A stretch of DNA of 64,000 nt from Mobula hypostoma (taxonomy: Eukaryota). The notes beneath the pieces were generated by a model that saw only the letters and a list, made by a program, of their open reading frames with translations, did no database searches and was not told the origin of the DNA. Positions within the stretch are counted from its first letter, which is position 1; every line of letters begins with the position of its first letter. Positions 36,380 through 49,387 of this stretch are shown here, piece by piece. The translations under genes were made by a program, and so were the position numbers. The stretch spans positions 103,480,001 through 103,544,000 of the forward strand of contig NC_086107.1 of the NCBI RefSeq assembly GCF_963921235.1. Direction: 5' to 3'.

Positions 36380-36960
36380 TCAAAGGTTCAAAGGTTCATT
36401 TTATTATGAAAGTGCAGTAGGTACACAGAATACAACTCTGAGATTCGTCTTCTCCAGGTAGCCATGAAATACGTAAAAACCATGGACGTCGTTGAAAGAA
36501 AAGGTATCAACCACCATCCCCCCCCCCGCATGAAAAAGAAACAAAACTCTCAAAATCCAAGTCCCCCCACCCCCTCCCTTGCACAAAAACTAACAGATCA
36601 TCCCACCCGGAAAACAGTAGCTGAAACATCAAACCCTGAACCCCCTGTCTCGCACACAAAAGACTAACAGATTGTCCACATGGAAAAACCCCAACAAGAA
36701 CATCAGACACCAAATCCCCAACCCCTCCCTCACCCAAAAAATAACATATCGCCCACCCACCATTCGGCAACAAGAAAGAAGACACAGAAGACTGAAGGAG
36801 ACTAATATAAACTACAGTCCACACCAAAGTCACATATGTCTTGGAATTTCAAAAACAACCTCCATCAGCATTGAGGGGAGTGACAGCTCGAACTCAGTCC
36901 TTCCATGGGAAGTGACTGCTGGCCCACAGTTCCCATGGAGAGCGACCACTTTCATTGACA
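36380..36960 (-). mobile_element. Non-autonomous Rex1/L2-tailed repeat
   Basis: TCAAAGGTTCAAAGGTTC tail and AACTCTGAGATTCGTCT block shared with 3830-4904. Confidence 0.5.
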
Positions 36961-37369
36961 CTGGGTAGTATATAACTAGAAGTGATTTGTCTTGTGCTGT
37001 CAGTGTTGTAACTACTAAGCTCGATGCATAGGTAGTTCTGGAGCACAGGTTCAGTACTGCAACCAAGATACTTGTGCATCCTCCGTCTTTCTGCATTCAA
37101 TAGACTCACACAGTAAATTGAGTTGGATGAAGACTGGCTTTCTTGCTAGGGATCTGAGGGAGTAGGCTGAGTTTGAATACTAACCCAGTACATCTGGTTG
37201 AACTTGCTGACTGCTTCAGCCTTTGCCTATCATATGCTAGGCCCTAACATTGTTGAGAGGAACATTCTTTAAGTAGCTACCTTCTTTTCAGATCAAGCAC
37301 AGCTATAGTCAAATGGTGCAGCGTTTTGATTGACAAAAATTGTTAAAATTGGTTTATTATTGTCCCGCT

Positions 37370-37563
37370 GTTGCCTGTATGTTCTCCTCAGGACCATGTG
37401 GGTTTCCTCAGGGTGCTCCAGTTTCCTCCCACAGTCGAAAGACATACCGGTTAGCAGGTTAATTGGTCATTGTAAATTGTCCCGTGATTAGGCTAGGATT
37501 GAATCAGGGGTTGCTGGGTGCTGTGTGCTGTATCTCAAATAAATAAATAGATAGATAAATAAA
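37370..37563 (+). mobile_element. HE1/V-SINE-like SINE, partial
   Basis: GGGTTTCCTCAGGGTGCTCC...AATTGGTCATTGTAAATTG core and TAAA tail. Confidence 0.75.
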
Positions 37564-38457
37564 TGTGCTGAGGTGCGGTTAAACATTTATTTTGCATACC
37601 ATTCACATGGATCAGTTTGTTGTAACAGTGCTTTGAGGTGGTACAAGATAACTTAGTAACAGGGTGCAGAATAAAATGGTACAGCTAGAGAAAGTGTAGT
37701 GCAGATAGATTATAGCTACTGAGTGGACATCAGGGGAAGTAGTTATAGGAATTTCTGTCCCTATAATTGAAACAAGGCAAGTGTGGTGCTTCCTTGTTAA
37801 GTGAATATTGTGCATTGCTGGGGGAGGATGGTGTGTTCAACACTGTCAAAAACAGAAGAAGAGTGCAGAAGGATCAGTTAACTTATGGTGCTAAACAGGA
37901 TGTCCTTTGACTTGAAACCCATTTTGATGCAAGTGTTTAATTTCAAGAACTTGAAGAAACTCCCTTCCCTTTTTGAAGGCCGTGAATCTGGTTGACGTTC
38001 CTTGGAGAGCCTACCTTTATCTATCTATTTGGCTGCAGTTGACTTTGTGGCACACATTAACACTGTAGCTGTTAGCTTGTGCAAGTGCCGTTATTTTCTC
38101 TGGACTTTCCTCTGTTGGTCAATGTTTTTGCCTAGTGGTATTTGTCTGAGGAAACGTAATCCAAATTCCCAACCTCATTGGATCTGATCAAAAAAAGGAA
38201 CACAGGTTGACTTATTCTCACCATTCCCCCTCCCAACCCCAACCACCCCATACCCACATGTAACCAAGCCAGTTCTAATGCCCAGACTGGGAAAGGCTCA
38301 TCCAAGGTGGCATGGAACTGTGTCAACGTATTGATGCCAAATTCTGCTTTGGTTCATTTCAGTGGAGCTCAACTTGAAGAATTAATGTGATGTAAACAAC
38401 CATGTTCCATCAGAGATTTCTCACAATCGAGTGAAACACCTTAAAATCAATACCAGT

Positions 38458-38759
38458 AATTTATTTATTTATTTAGAGATAGAGCATGGAACAGGCTCTT
38501 TTGGCCCCAACGAGCCACACCACCCAGCAACCTAACTAGTTAATCCTAGCCTAACCACAGGACAATTTACAGTGACCAATTAACTTATTAACCGCTATGT
38601 CTTTGGACTGTGTGAGGAATCCAGAGCACCCGGAGGAAACCCATGCATTCATGGGGAGGATGTACAAACTCCTCACAGAGGCGCTGAAATTGCGCTCCAA
38701 ACTCAGAAGCCCCAAGCTGCAATAGTGTCCCGCTAGCTGTGACACTATGATGGCGCCCA
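38458..38759 (-). mobile_element. HE1/V-SINE-like SINE
   Basis: (TTTA)n tail, GAGCACCCGGAGGAAACCC core, tRNA-like head. Confidence 0.8.
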
Positions 38760-39132
38760 AGAGCATGGATTCCATTGGTTGCTTTCATTGCTGCTGTCAT
38801 TACACTCTGTGTGGGAGATGTTACTAAGGGAGATGAATTTGTATGTGTCACTTGACAATTCAGGAAGAAGGAGGCAACTTTTCTCTTTCTATTTGTGATC
38901 CATCCTTAAGATGCAGTTTGAAGTGCTAGCAATCTGGCTAAGCTCTTCGGCATCAGCCATTACAGCTAGTTAATGTGGATTGGTTTCAGAGGTTTTATCT
39001 CTTATTCAGAAGTGGTATTTATGTCTTTCTCAAAAGCATTCTGAATGTAGAATTGTCTTGTGTGACTCTAAGGTTGCTCTCCTTTCCAAGTCTGTGGTAC
39101 ATTGACAATTGTTAGAAGCCACCATATTAATG

Positions 39133-39342
39133 CCCAACACACAAAGCACTGGAGGAACTCAGCAGGTCAGGCAGCATCTATGAAGCCAGTTGACATTTTG
39201 GGACAGGACGGGGGTTCCCAACCTTTTTTATGCCATGGAGCCTTACCATTAACCAAGGGGTCCATGGACCCCAGTTAGGAAGTCCTGATCTAGATACTTT
39301 ATCTATGTTGCTCCGGATTCCAGCATATACAATCTCATGTCT
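39133..39342. mobile_element. Decayed Penelope-like fold-back insertion containing a short hAT-like MITE (~39204-39287)
   Basis: 11-bp TSD CCATATTAATG at 39122-39132 and 39343-39353; GGAGGAACTCAGCAGG body; GGGGTTCCCAACCT hAT-type TIR motif. Confidence 0.65.
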
Positions 39343-42329
39343 CCATATTAATGGTCAACTTGTTTTTGTTCCATCACAACTGTCAGATCACTGACACCTA
39401 CAAAAAGAAAAGGAGAAAAAATATTGTTATTTATTCCCTGCTGGAAACCCCAGGAGCCAGATCGAGGATCAGCTTTATTCACCATGTACATTTACTCTAA
39501 TAGGAATTTGCTGTGGTGTGCTGGTGCAACAAGCAACAAAAAAACATTCAGCAATTATATAAATACATAATTAGAAGTACCGATATAGAATTAAATGTGT
39601 ATAAATACATAAATCCCAGCACATATTTACTGTGTAAACAGCATTATAAAAAGTGGTTTAAAATGTTTACAGTGCAGTAGTGTCTGAGGTAATAGAGAGT
39701 GCAGTAGTATCTATCCAACTAAAATGATTGATCAGATTAACTGTGGGAAGAAACTTTAAAGATGGTGTGAAGTTGTAAAATCAGTCAGGTCCATCATGGG
39801 CACGAGCCTCTATAGTATCCAAGACATCCTCGGAAAAGCAGCTCCCATCATCAAGTACCCTCATCACCCAGGACATGTCCTCTTCTCATTGTTACCATCA
39901 AGGAGGAGGTACAGAAGCCTGAAGGCACGCACTTAGCAATTCAGGAACAGCTTCTTCCCCTCTGCCATTTTATTTCTGAACAGACATTGAACTCGTGAAC
40001 ACTACCTCACTGCTACTTTTAATTTCTGTTTTTGTTCTACTTATCTTAATTATTTAATGTGTGTGTGTATATATATATATACTTTTATTCAGTTTTTTTC
40101 TGTACTTATCATGTATTGCATTGTACTGCTACCACAAAGTTATCAGAATTCATGACATATGCCGGTGATATTAAACCTGATTCTGAAGTTTTTGTTTTAA
40201 TAATTGGGTTTTAATCTGACTCTATAACTGATAACAGTTGGTGCTTGTGGTGTTAGCTGAAACAATAGTACCACCTGGATCCATGATTGTGTATTAGTCT
40301 GATTTGTGCTAATTAATATTAATACCAAATTTAGTATGAATAAACCAACTTGAGTAATATTCATCATAAACTCACTAATATTTTTTAGACATTGTACGAG
40401 TTAACTTGGAATTGCATGCATTTATGAAGCTACCAATTTCAAAAACCTATTTGTAGAAAAGTAAGGATTTAGTGAAAGTAATATTGAAATTTGAGGGCTT
40501 CAAATATTTATCTAATCTTTGATTTTACAGTGTGATTGTGAAATTGAAACCCAATTTGTAATAAGTATGACAAAAATGTAACCTCTTTTGTTGTAGAACA
40601 TAGGACATAGAAATTTACAGCACTTTACAGGCCCTTCGGCCCACAATGTTGTGCTATTTTGACATCCAAATGAACACTGAGTTACATTGTTTGAAAAATT
40701 AAGATCCCATTCATTCAACAGAGAATGAGCCTCCCTAGGAAAAAATGAAATGGCTGAAGAAGCAAATTAGGATTTACAAGGTGAAGCTGTGCTTCATCTA
40801 CCCCAACCATTCTGTAGATTATGTAGAAATTTGGTAGTCCCTGACCCTTGATTTAAGACTGACACATAGTTTTGTATTTAACTCTACTCTTCATAGCTAA
40901 TTTTACATGTGCTCACTTTACAAATGCTTTACAAACTATCACTGGACTTGATGAGTGGGGAACTTGCATTGTCACTAGCCTCATTTTAAAGGATCACCAA
41001 TCAATCAACAGGGGTTGGGGGGGGGGGAATCAGGTTTTAAGGAATATATGGAATGACCAGTCTGTGACAATACTTCACTCACTATCTCCTCTTCTGAGCA
41101 TACATGAAATAGCTAGTTTCCTTTTAAACTGGACTTGATTCAAACTTTGAAGTTCAGAGTATATTTATTTATTATCAAAGTACATATTTGCCACCATATA
41201 CAACCCTGAGGTACATCTTCTCATGGGTATACTCAGCAAATCTATAGAGTAGTAACTAGCAGGCTCAATGGAAAATCACAGAAGACAACAAACTGTGCAA
41301 ATGCAAGTATAAATAAATAGCAATAAATAGCGAGTACATGGGATAATGAGATAAAGAGTCCTTAAAGTGAGATAATTGGTTGTGGAAACATTTCAGTGAT
41401 GGGGCAAGTGAAGGGTGTAGTTATCCCCTTTTACTCAAGAGCCTGATGGTGCTGCTGCTGAGTCTTGTGGTTAGACTCGTAGTCCTTGTATCAGACAGTG
41501 TGGAATGTTGAATTGTCAAAACTAGAGGAAATTAGTGAGCTGCAATGATAATCTGCTTCCAGTTTTGGTCACTAACCCTCTTCAGCACTCAAATCACATG
41601 CATCTCAGAGTAGATGCACGGGCATGGTCACACAACCTAAGCTAATGGCGGATTGGGTGTCTTAAGCTTGAAAGAAAGGAACAAAGAATATAAGAGAGGC
41701 AAGAGAACATTTAGGATTAGCATAAATTTCAATTTCAAACTTGAGTTTGGTCATTAATGAAGTAGAGCAATAATTCAACTGGGATGAAACCTGGTGCTGG
41801 AGTGCAGGTCTGATGGAGTGGTCAACAGACTGCCTGGGCTTTCTGGGTCACTATGGAAGGAAACAAACTGGGATTTCAGGCTTGTCCTTCTACAGAGTGA
41901 GACTGTGTTTCATCTCCCGGAGCCATCCTGTGGCTAATGTCAGAGGCTGATGGTAATCTCCGACCCCTGACTCAAAATTTCAGGTCCTGTACTGCTGCTG
42001 TGCGGGGCAGTACTTGGCCGACTATCATCACTTTCTTGTGGTTTACATACGTCGAAGCAGCATTTTTCTCAAGTGTCGTGCTGAAAGGAGGAGTGGGGAG
42101 AGAACTTGAACCCTCAAGGTTTATTTATAACAAAGTTGTAAAATCTCATTGTAGAGCTTATCAGAACGACAGACGGCTTTTGTTATTTCCTACATAGAAG
42201 CAGCTGGGCGGAAGCACTCGATCTGTTACCACTTCTGCAAAAAGTGAAGTTAGGAATGGAGAACTTTCTGAAAGTGGTGCATTGTAGCACTTACTGGCAC
42301 TAACCATGTCTCTCCCTCTTCTCTGGCAG

Positions 42330-42395
42330 TATTGCAACTGAAGCTTCAGCAACGGCGGACGCGTGAAGAGCTGGCCAGCCAGGGAATCATGCCAC
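42330..42395 (+). CDS. MRTFA: MRTF-A (MKL1) internal exon encoding the first RPEL actin-binding motif
   Basis: Pyrimidine tract + CAG acceptor, GTAAGT donor, 66 nt phase 1/1, translates (V)LQLKLQQRRTREELASQGIMP(P); LKL..TREEL is closer to MRTFA than to MRTFB or myocardin (LRL..EQL). Confidence 0.93.
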
Positions 42396-42789
42396 GTAAG
42401 TACTAGCTGTTCATAGAGTCATAACAAGAGCTGGGGGCTGTTCTTTCCAATTTAAATTAAGTTTATGGTACCATTTTGACGCAGCGTGCTTGGTTGTAAA
42501 AGTGGTTGCATTTCGTTCTTCATCTTTGTTTTTTTTTCCGTCTGCTAAATGTTACTTCAGCACAGAGGTTGAACTACGCTGAACTGCATTGTCTTTCACT
42601 TTCCGTAAGCACGTGCAGTTTTGGCTTCCTAGGGTGTCTGCAGCACGGTAGAGTTGGTTTTGATAAAAGTGCAGATGTATGAAAGCAGAGAGTTGCTACC
42701 TTCACGGATGTTGTTGAGTGTGGGGACATTAATATTAAATTTAACGATTAACACAGAAGTCATTACCCCTTTTTCTGCAGCCTCAACCC

Positions 42790-42970
42790 CCTCCCCAAGC
42801 CCCGCCTTTTTAGAGATGGGCTTGTGACAGGTGACTGAGTCAGTTCTTCCTCCTTTAGCTTGCTTTGTCAGAGAGTAAGTCTCCCTGAGTTGGAGGACAC
42901 GTACAAGCCGAATGGGCTTCTTATCCGGAATATATAAAGCATCACCTGAGACCAAGGCTAGTGATTCACT
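42790..42970 (+). promoter_or_regulatory. Candidate internal promoter
   Basis: GC box CCCCGCC (42800), AP-1 TGAGTCA (42836-42842), Ets CCGGAA (42925-42930), TATATAAA (42931-42938), Inr-like TCACT about 35 nt downstream. Confidence 0.5.
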
Positions 42971-44747
42971 CTACAGCATTTGTGGTGTTGAGGATGCCAT
43001 GGCATTATCGATTGTTTTACTGGAATTGTAAGATAAATTGCTGTTAACCGATAGCAACTGGTATGGTGGTGCTAATTGGAGCAACTGCAAAATGTCTACC
43101 AGTGCTGAGTACAGGTAAGCCTTGCACTTTTAGCCTGGTGCACTCTGCATGGTAGAAAGAACTTAGTGGTGTAAAGGACTTCAGTTTGGCCTGATGTTGT
43201 CAGCTAAAATAGATATATATATATATTTTTTTTTTTGCAGCCTTTCACTGGAAAAAGTATTTTTGAGCCTTAATGTCGAGATCAGGCTTGGGGATCCTAG
43301 GACTTGCCCTTTGTCCATTTCTGCCCATGTTCTGATCTGGAATGTAGGCATTTTCCATCGGGAAGAAGCTGTGCATCCCACATGAGGAGAACACAAACTC
43401 CACTTCTCCAGATTTTTTTTTTAAGAATTTGGCCCGGAAGCTCCTGAACTTGGGTCGAGTCGCCATGCCTGTGGTGCACCCAAGAGACTAATCATGAAAA
43501 ACCGTAATTCCCTTCAGTAGAGTGTTGAAGCTTCATCGACGTTCTTCACAGGAATTAGTTGCACTTGCTTGGGAAGATATTTGATTAGCAGTGGTATTCT
43601 TAATCATGTTATATATCAAGAAAAACTGATGGGCAGAGTGGAAAGGAGAAGGCCGGGAGGTGGCCAGATAGGGTTTTGATCATTTAAATTTGAGTTTGAG
43701 ACCACATTTCTGTTTTATGATTTCTAAAGTAAATAATTCAGGACGAATCTTTATGCCCAGTGTGAGTATGGAATGTGATTCATGCTAATGTTATGAGATA
43801 ATTGAAGCAGATGGCATTGGTGAATTCAAGATGAGGCACTTTATGTCCACAGAAGAATGTAAGAATATGTAGATATTAAATGGGCGCATGTGAAGCATAA
43901 ACAGTGACATTGCTGTGGGACAAATGGACTTTTTAAATACTACATAATTCTGTTTGGTTCCTCCCTTCCCACTCCTCGCTTGCAGAATTTTTTTCAAAGG
44001 AGAAAGAAAGAAATTAACTTTTGTACTCTGATCTGGAGCTGGCTCATCATACAAAAAGAGGCTGAGTGTACTCCCCCACCTTTGGCGTTGTGATGGAAAC
44101 TGGAACCAATTGGATGCCATGCCTCAGATCCTTGTTGGAAAATTGATTTTAAGTGTTTTTATATTTTCTTCTAGAAAAGTGTGCATTGAATGAAATGAAT
44201 ATCCCCACTCACATCATTCCTTTCTGTACTCCTGGAATAGTTGGAAGATTCTCCCAATGACCTTCTGGATCCCCCACTTCCTCACCAAAGCCGAACGGTT
44301 AGGGTTAGTAAGCTGTGGGCTTATTACCAGAAGCATGGCGACACTTTCAGGCCTCCCCTAGCACAATCCTTGAACTGTTGGTGGCTGATGCAGAACAATG
44401 CAATGATCTTTCATCTTTAGATTCAGCAGTAGAATCCAGAGTGGGGTAAAATCATCCTTTCATTTCTGAAACCGAAAGATGGGTTGAGATTTTGAGCGCA
44501 AATTCCTGTCAGCTTGAGTGAACTGTGGCTTTCAGCTCCAAGCCAGCATTTGTGGCCCTGATCCCATCTTGTAGACTCGTGTCTGCCTCCTTGACTGGTT
44601 TAGGCGGGTGTTGATCCTGTGGAATTTTTCAAAGAACAGCAAGTTTCCCTTGGCGGAGTACTGTGCTTCTGGAAACAGATAAGCATCCTGTAGTGTATAG
44701 AATGGCTAATGAGCCTCCTTTTGGAGATGCAACAGGGTGGTAAATTG

Positions 44748-45020
44748 TCCATAAGACGCAGGAGCAGAATTAGGCCATTTGGCCATTGAGTCTGCTCTAC
44801 CATTGCTACATGGCTCATTTATTATCCCTCTTAACCCCATTTTAAAACCTATCAACATCTGATTTAAATATACCCCATGATTTGGCCTCCACAGACATCT
44901 GTGACAATGAATTACACAGATTCACCGAGCTCTGGCTAAAGGAATTCCTCCTCATCTCCGCTCGATGGGAGCATCCTTGTAATCTGAGGCTGTGCCCTCT
45001 GGTCCTACACTCCCCAACTA
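44748..45020 (-). mobile_element. CR1-like LINE 3' fragment
   Basis: Homologous to 53540-53836 (RGHSLR..RRNSFSQSSVNL). Confidence 0.75.
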
Positions 45021-45507
45021 TTGTATCTTTAAGAGTGGTTTCTTGCCATAGGTTCAGACTGTTGCATCTGGTGATTGTGTATGTATAAACACAAGCACTC
45101 TGTTACAGTTACTAAACTGGAAAAGCCGAGGAGCAATTTAGACCAAAATACTTAGAGCCACTGCTGCCTAAAAACTTGAGCCAGCATTTCTACTGAATAA
45201 TGCAGTTTTTCCTCTCTGCACTGTTACACCTCAGTATACAATGTGCCTTGCAAGTTGCTGTCAGAAGCAAGATGGGGCATAAAGTTGAATGCCAGTGGCT
45301 AGCATTGGTCAAGATGCCATATATCCAATGGATAAGGCAGAAGAGGTAAACAGTCCTAATGCTGTATTCCTGATGCTGGGCCCGGGTGCAGGGAGTGAAA
45401 TCAAGAAAGAGCCAAAAGTAACTGCTCATTCCCCAAAATGCAACGTCATCAAAAGCCAATCCACCTCGTATTAAAATTACATCATGGTTTGTGACTTTGG
45501 AGTTTTG

Positions 45508-46028
45508 AACATAGAACAGTACAGCACAGGAACAGGCCCTTCAGCCCACAGTGTTTTGCTAAACCAGCTAAAAAGTAAATCAAAAGCCACTCAAACACGA
45601 ATCCCTCCTATCTACATAATGCCCATATCCCTCCTTCCTCGCATCCATTGCCTGTCTGTCTCATAAAAGCCTCTAATGTATTTGCCTCTACCATCATACC
45701 AGGCAGCGTATTCCAGGCATCCACCACTTCGAGTAAAAGAACCTACCCCTCAGATCCCCTTTGAACCAACCCCCCTCGCACCCTCAGTGCATGCCCTCTG
45801 GTATTTGACATTTTAACTCTGGGAAACCGATAACTCCCTGTCTACTCTATGTCTGTCATAATCTTATAAACCTTTATCAGATCTTCCCTCAGCCTCCACC
45901 GCTCCAGAAAAAACGACCCAGGTTTATCCAGCCTCTCCTGATAGCACATGATCTGTGAACGGGGCAGCATCCTGTTAAGCCTCTCCTGCACCCTCTCCAA
46001 AGCCTCAACGTCCTTCCTATAGTGGGGT
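45508..46028 (-). mobile_element. CR1-like LINE 3' fragment (uninterrupted relative of the L1 host)
   Basis: PHYRKDVEALERVQ...LREDLIKVYKIM; matches 19044-19127 joined to 25050-25500. Confidence 0.85.
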
Positions 46029-47020
46029 CTTTTTGCAAGCTTTAAGCTTTGGGATACTTTACACTGTCTCATTAGCAAACTAAAATGCTTAATTCTGAGT
46101 ACAGATGGTCAAAATGAATGTTTAAAGCAGAAGTATTAACAGCAGACTATTCATTACAAGAGGTCAGCCTGCAGTTCTGCACGGTGGACACTAGCCATCT
46201 GATGTATGTATCCCCCACTGATTTAGCTGCTGGATTGCAGAACCATCGACTGCCCTCAGCTGTTAAAGGTAAATTTTATTTTCATTGTGTATTATAAACC
46301 TAAAATATAATGGCGCATATAGATTTGACAAAGATAAGCAAGGCTGACGAGTAATGTGGACGCTGCAAGCAATTATAACGCAGACGTCCATGCTAATGAG
46401 AAGGAATAAAGCACAAGAGTGGTTTGTCTGCAAGTTGTGCTTCTAGACTAAGGGAAATAAGTATTGGGAAAAAGAGATATACATTGACTAACTGGTTGAG
46501 AAACACCCCTTGCACAGAGATTGTTGTGCCAATGTTTTTCTTTGAACATCTATCTTTGGTAAGATTTCCCCTATCAAGAGAAAAGACCCTGGTGTTCAAA
46601 CTGCTTTTTTTTTAAGAAAGCAGTTTCAATCTATTTTTGATTTTATGGGCTTTAGTTGTTAATGAAGCAAATTGGTTGGGCGTTAACCTGTGGTATCCTG
46701 AACTTTGTTGTACTCATTGAACACACTTATCTGCATGATTTTGTGCTGTGCCTCCGACTGCCGGGAAGCTGACGGTAACCCTCAGTGCAACCCTAATGCT
46801 GCTGAACCTCTGCTTCCTGGGGTGGATGTAAAAGATTTCATCACTTGGTTCCAGGCACAGCAGTGTGTTCTGATGTCTTTTTCCCCCCTTAGTAAACATA
46901 AGTCATAGTCATACTTTATTGATCCCGGGGGAAATTGGTTTTCGTTACAGTTGCACCATAAATAACAAATAGTAATAGAACCATAAACAGTTAAATAGAA
47001 AAGGAGTAATCAGGACATTT

Positions 47021-47592
47021 ATACACTCAATGGCCACTTTGTTACATACGCCTGTACACCTGATGGCTAATCCAAATGTCTAATCAGCCAATCACATGAC
47101 AGCAACTCAAAAGCATAAAAGCACAACAGATGTGGTCAAGAGGTTCACTTGTTCAGATTAAACATCAGATTGGGGAAGAAATGTGATCTAAGTAACTTTG
47201 ACTGTGGAATGATTGTAGGTACCAGCTGGGGTGGTTTGAGTATCTTAGAAACTGCTGATCGTCTGGAAATTTCACACACAACAATCTCTAGGGTTTACAG
47301 AGAATGGTGCGAAAAACAAAAAATAACATCCAGCGAACGGCAGTTCTGTGGGTGAAAACATCTTGTTAATGAGAGAGGTCAGAGGAGAATGGCCAGACTG
47401 TTTCAAGCTTACAGGAGGGCGATAGTAACTCAGATAACCTCAAGTTACGACAGTGTTGTGTAGAAGAGCATCTCTGAACACATAAGATGTTGAACCTTGA
47501 AGTGGATGGACTACAGCAGCAGAAGACTACAAACGCTCAGTGGCCACTTTATTAGGTACAGAAGCTACCTAATAAAGTGGCCACTGAGACTA
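47021..47592 (+). mobile_element. Non-autonomous Tc1 element with an HTH remnant
   Basis: TIRs CACTCARTGGCCACTTT / AAAGTGGCCACTGAG; GKKCDLSNFDCGMIVG..ISRVYREW (ORF 47149..47355). Confidence 0.85.
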
Positions 47593-48597
47593 TATCATTG
47601 GATATCCTTGCTGCTTGTGTGAATAGCAGTTTTCTTTGAATTCTAAAAGTAAATGTACTTAAAAAATTAAGAAATAAAAATAGAAAATCCTGGAACCATT
47701 CAGCAGATTGGGTACATTTTGTTGATGTGTCTCAGACCTGAAACTTTAACTCTTTTCTCAAGTGTTTCTAGCACGTTCTGTTTTGCTTTTAGATTTCCAG
47801 CATCTCAGTTTGCACTTTTAAAAATAATTGGTGGTAAAGTGGATTAGGACATACAAGGTTGTGAAATGATCATTGTAAGGTCAATTCATTCTTCCTCTTT
47901 CTCTCTGTCCTAAGAAAACTGACTTGGAGTGAAGCTTTGATACTCGTGCAGTAATTGATCTATTTACCCTTGGGTAGGAAAGGAAGATCCAGGGAGTGAC
48001 CTTTCAGTCTCTGGCTAGCAACTGGTGGGATCGATCTGCCTGCCTTAATGAAATGGATTTGTGTTCATTGTTTCTGAGAATAGACAACACCTCTGAAGGG
48101 GTCCTGAAATTGAAGGATGTGCAATATGAAACTGAAAATACAGTATGTTGTGTGTTTGTACAGTTGGATACCAGGTCTGTGGCTACAGAAAGTCATTTTC
48201 CAAAAAACTTAACATCTGGGGGTATTGTCCCACTAAGATGTTTTTTATTTTAAAAAATCCCTTTCAAATAAAAGATCCCATGTTAAAAACCCTAAAATTC
48301 AGGGTAATGGTGGGAAAATACCTGATATTATAAGCATCTTTTGGTGACTGTTTATTGAAAGTTCACTAGCCAACCTATCATGAAAGTAACACATTGATTC
48401 ATATTTAAGTTGCTATTGCAAATCATCTGTACTAGGAAACAGCCACTATGTAGGTTCTTCCCCAGTGGAGCATCCAGAGGAAACCCACGAGGTCATGGGG
48501 AGACTGAGAAACTTACAGAGGAAACCCATGCCAAAATGGGGAGAACGTACAAACACCTTTCAGACAGTGGTGGGAATTGAACCTGGGTCGTTGTATA

Positions 48598-49001
48598 TGG
48601 GAGTCTGTTATAGGAGTCAAACTGAACACACTGGAGGCTGTGGCAGAACCAAAGACCCTATGGGAAATCCTAGCAACTCTGGACAGTGTTTCCCACCCTG
48701 TGCATGCCACCTTGGCTGAACAGAGGAGCACTTTTAGTAACAGACTAAGACAAGTGCACTGCTCCAAAGAGCGCGATATGAGGTCATTCTTACCCTCAGT
48801 CACTGGGCGCTATAATGAGTCAGCCTATAACCAGGGAAGTGATGACCCCCCCCCTCCTATTAGACTGTTTGAAGTAACTTATCTTTTATTCTTTCTTTCT
48901 TCTCTTCTAATATTTGTATATCTGTGCATTTGTAATGCTACTGTGACTCTGTAATTTCCTTTGGGATCAATAAAGTAGCTATCTATCTATCTATCTATCT
49001 A
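48598..49001 (+). mobile_element. Rex1/Babar-like LINE 3' end inserted in a V-SINE-like SINE
   Basis: SVIGVKLNTLEAVAE..SHPVH..RSFLP; AATAAA plus (CTAT)n tail; relative at 58264-58872. Confidence 0.8.
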
Positions 49002-49387
49002 TTAATGGTATGCTAACCACTACCCTAAATTATTTCCTCGAGCCTTTATCTGGCCTGTTTCACTGCGCTCTCAGATAGTCTTCTACTTGGGATATTGCAG
49101 GCTGAGGCTAAGATGCTTATAATAGAACGCACATTTAAAAGTGCTGCAGTTTCAATCCTCATGACAGAAGGCAATGTTTCAGCCTGCTTCTGCTGAGCAC
49201 CCACAATTTTCATTTAGTTAACAGAACTGGGTGGGTGTAATGCATACTGAGAAATCCTTGTGTGCATTCCCAAAGATCTGCTGATCTCAACTTTAGTCTT
49301 TTGGCAGAGGTTTGTGTGTCAGAGATTACTTTAGGGCACTGTGGGTGCTCCCCTACACCTGCCCCTGTTCGCTGTCCCAAACACTCT

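Noticed and set aside
41937..41958. ATG TCA GAG GCT GAT G|GTAATC as another phase-1 MRTFA first exon
   Set aside because: Weak Kozak and donor; too short to distinguish from chance
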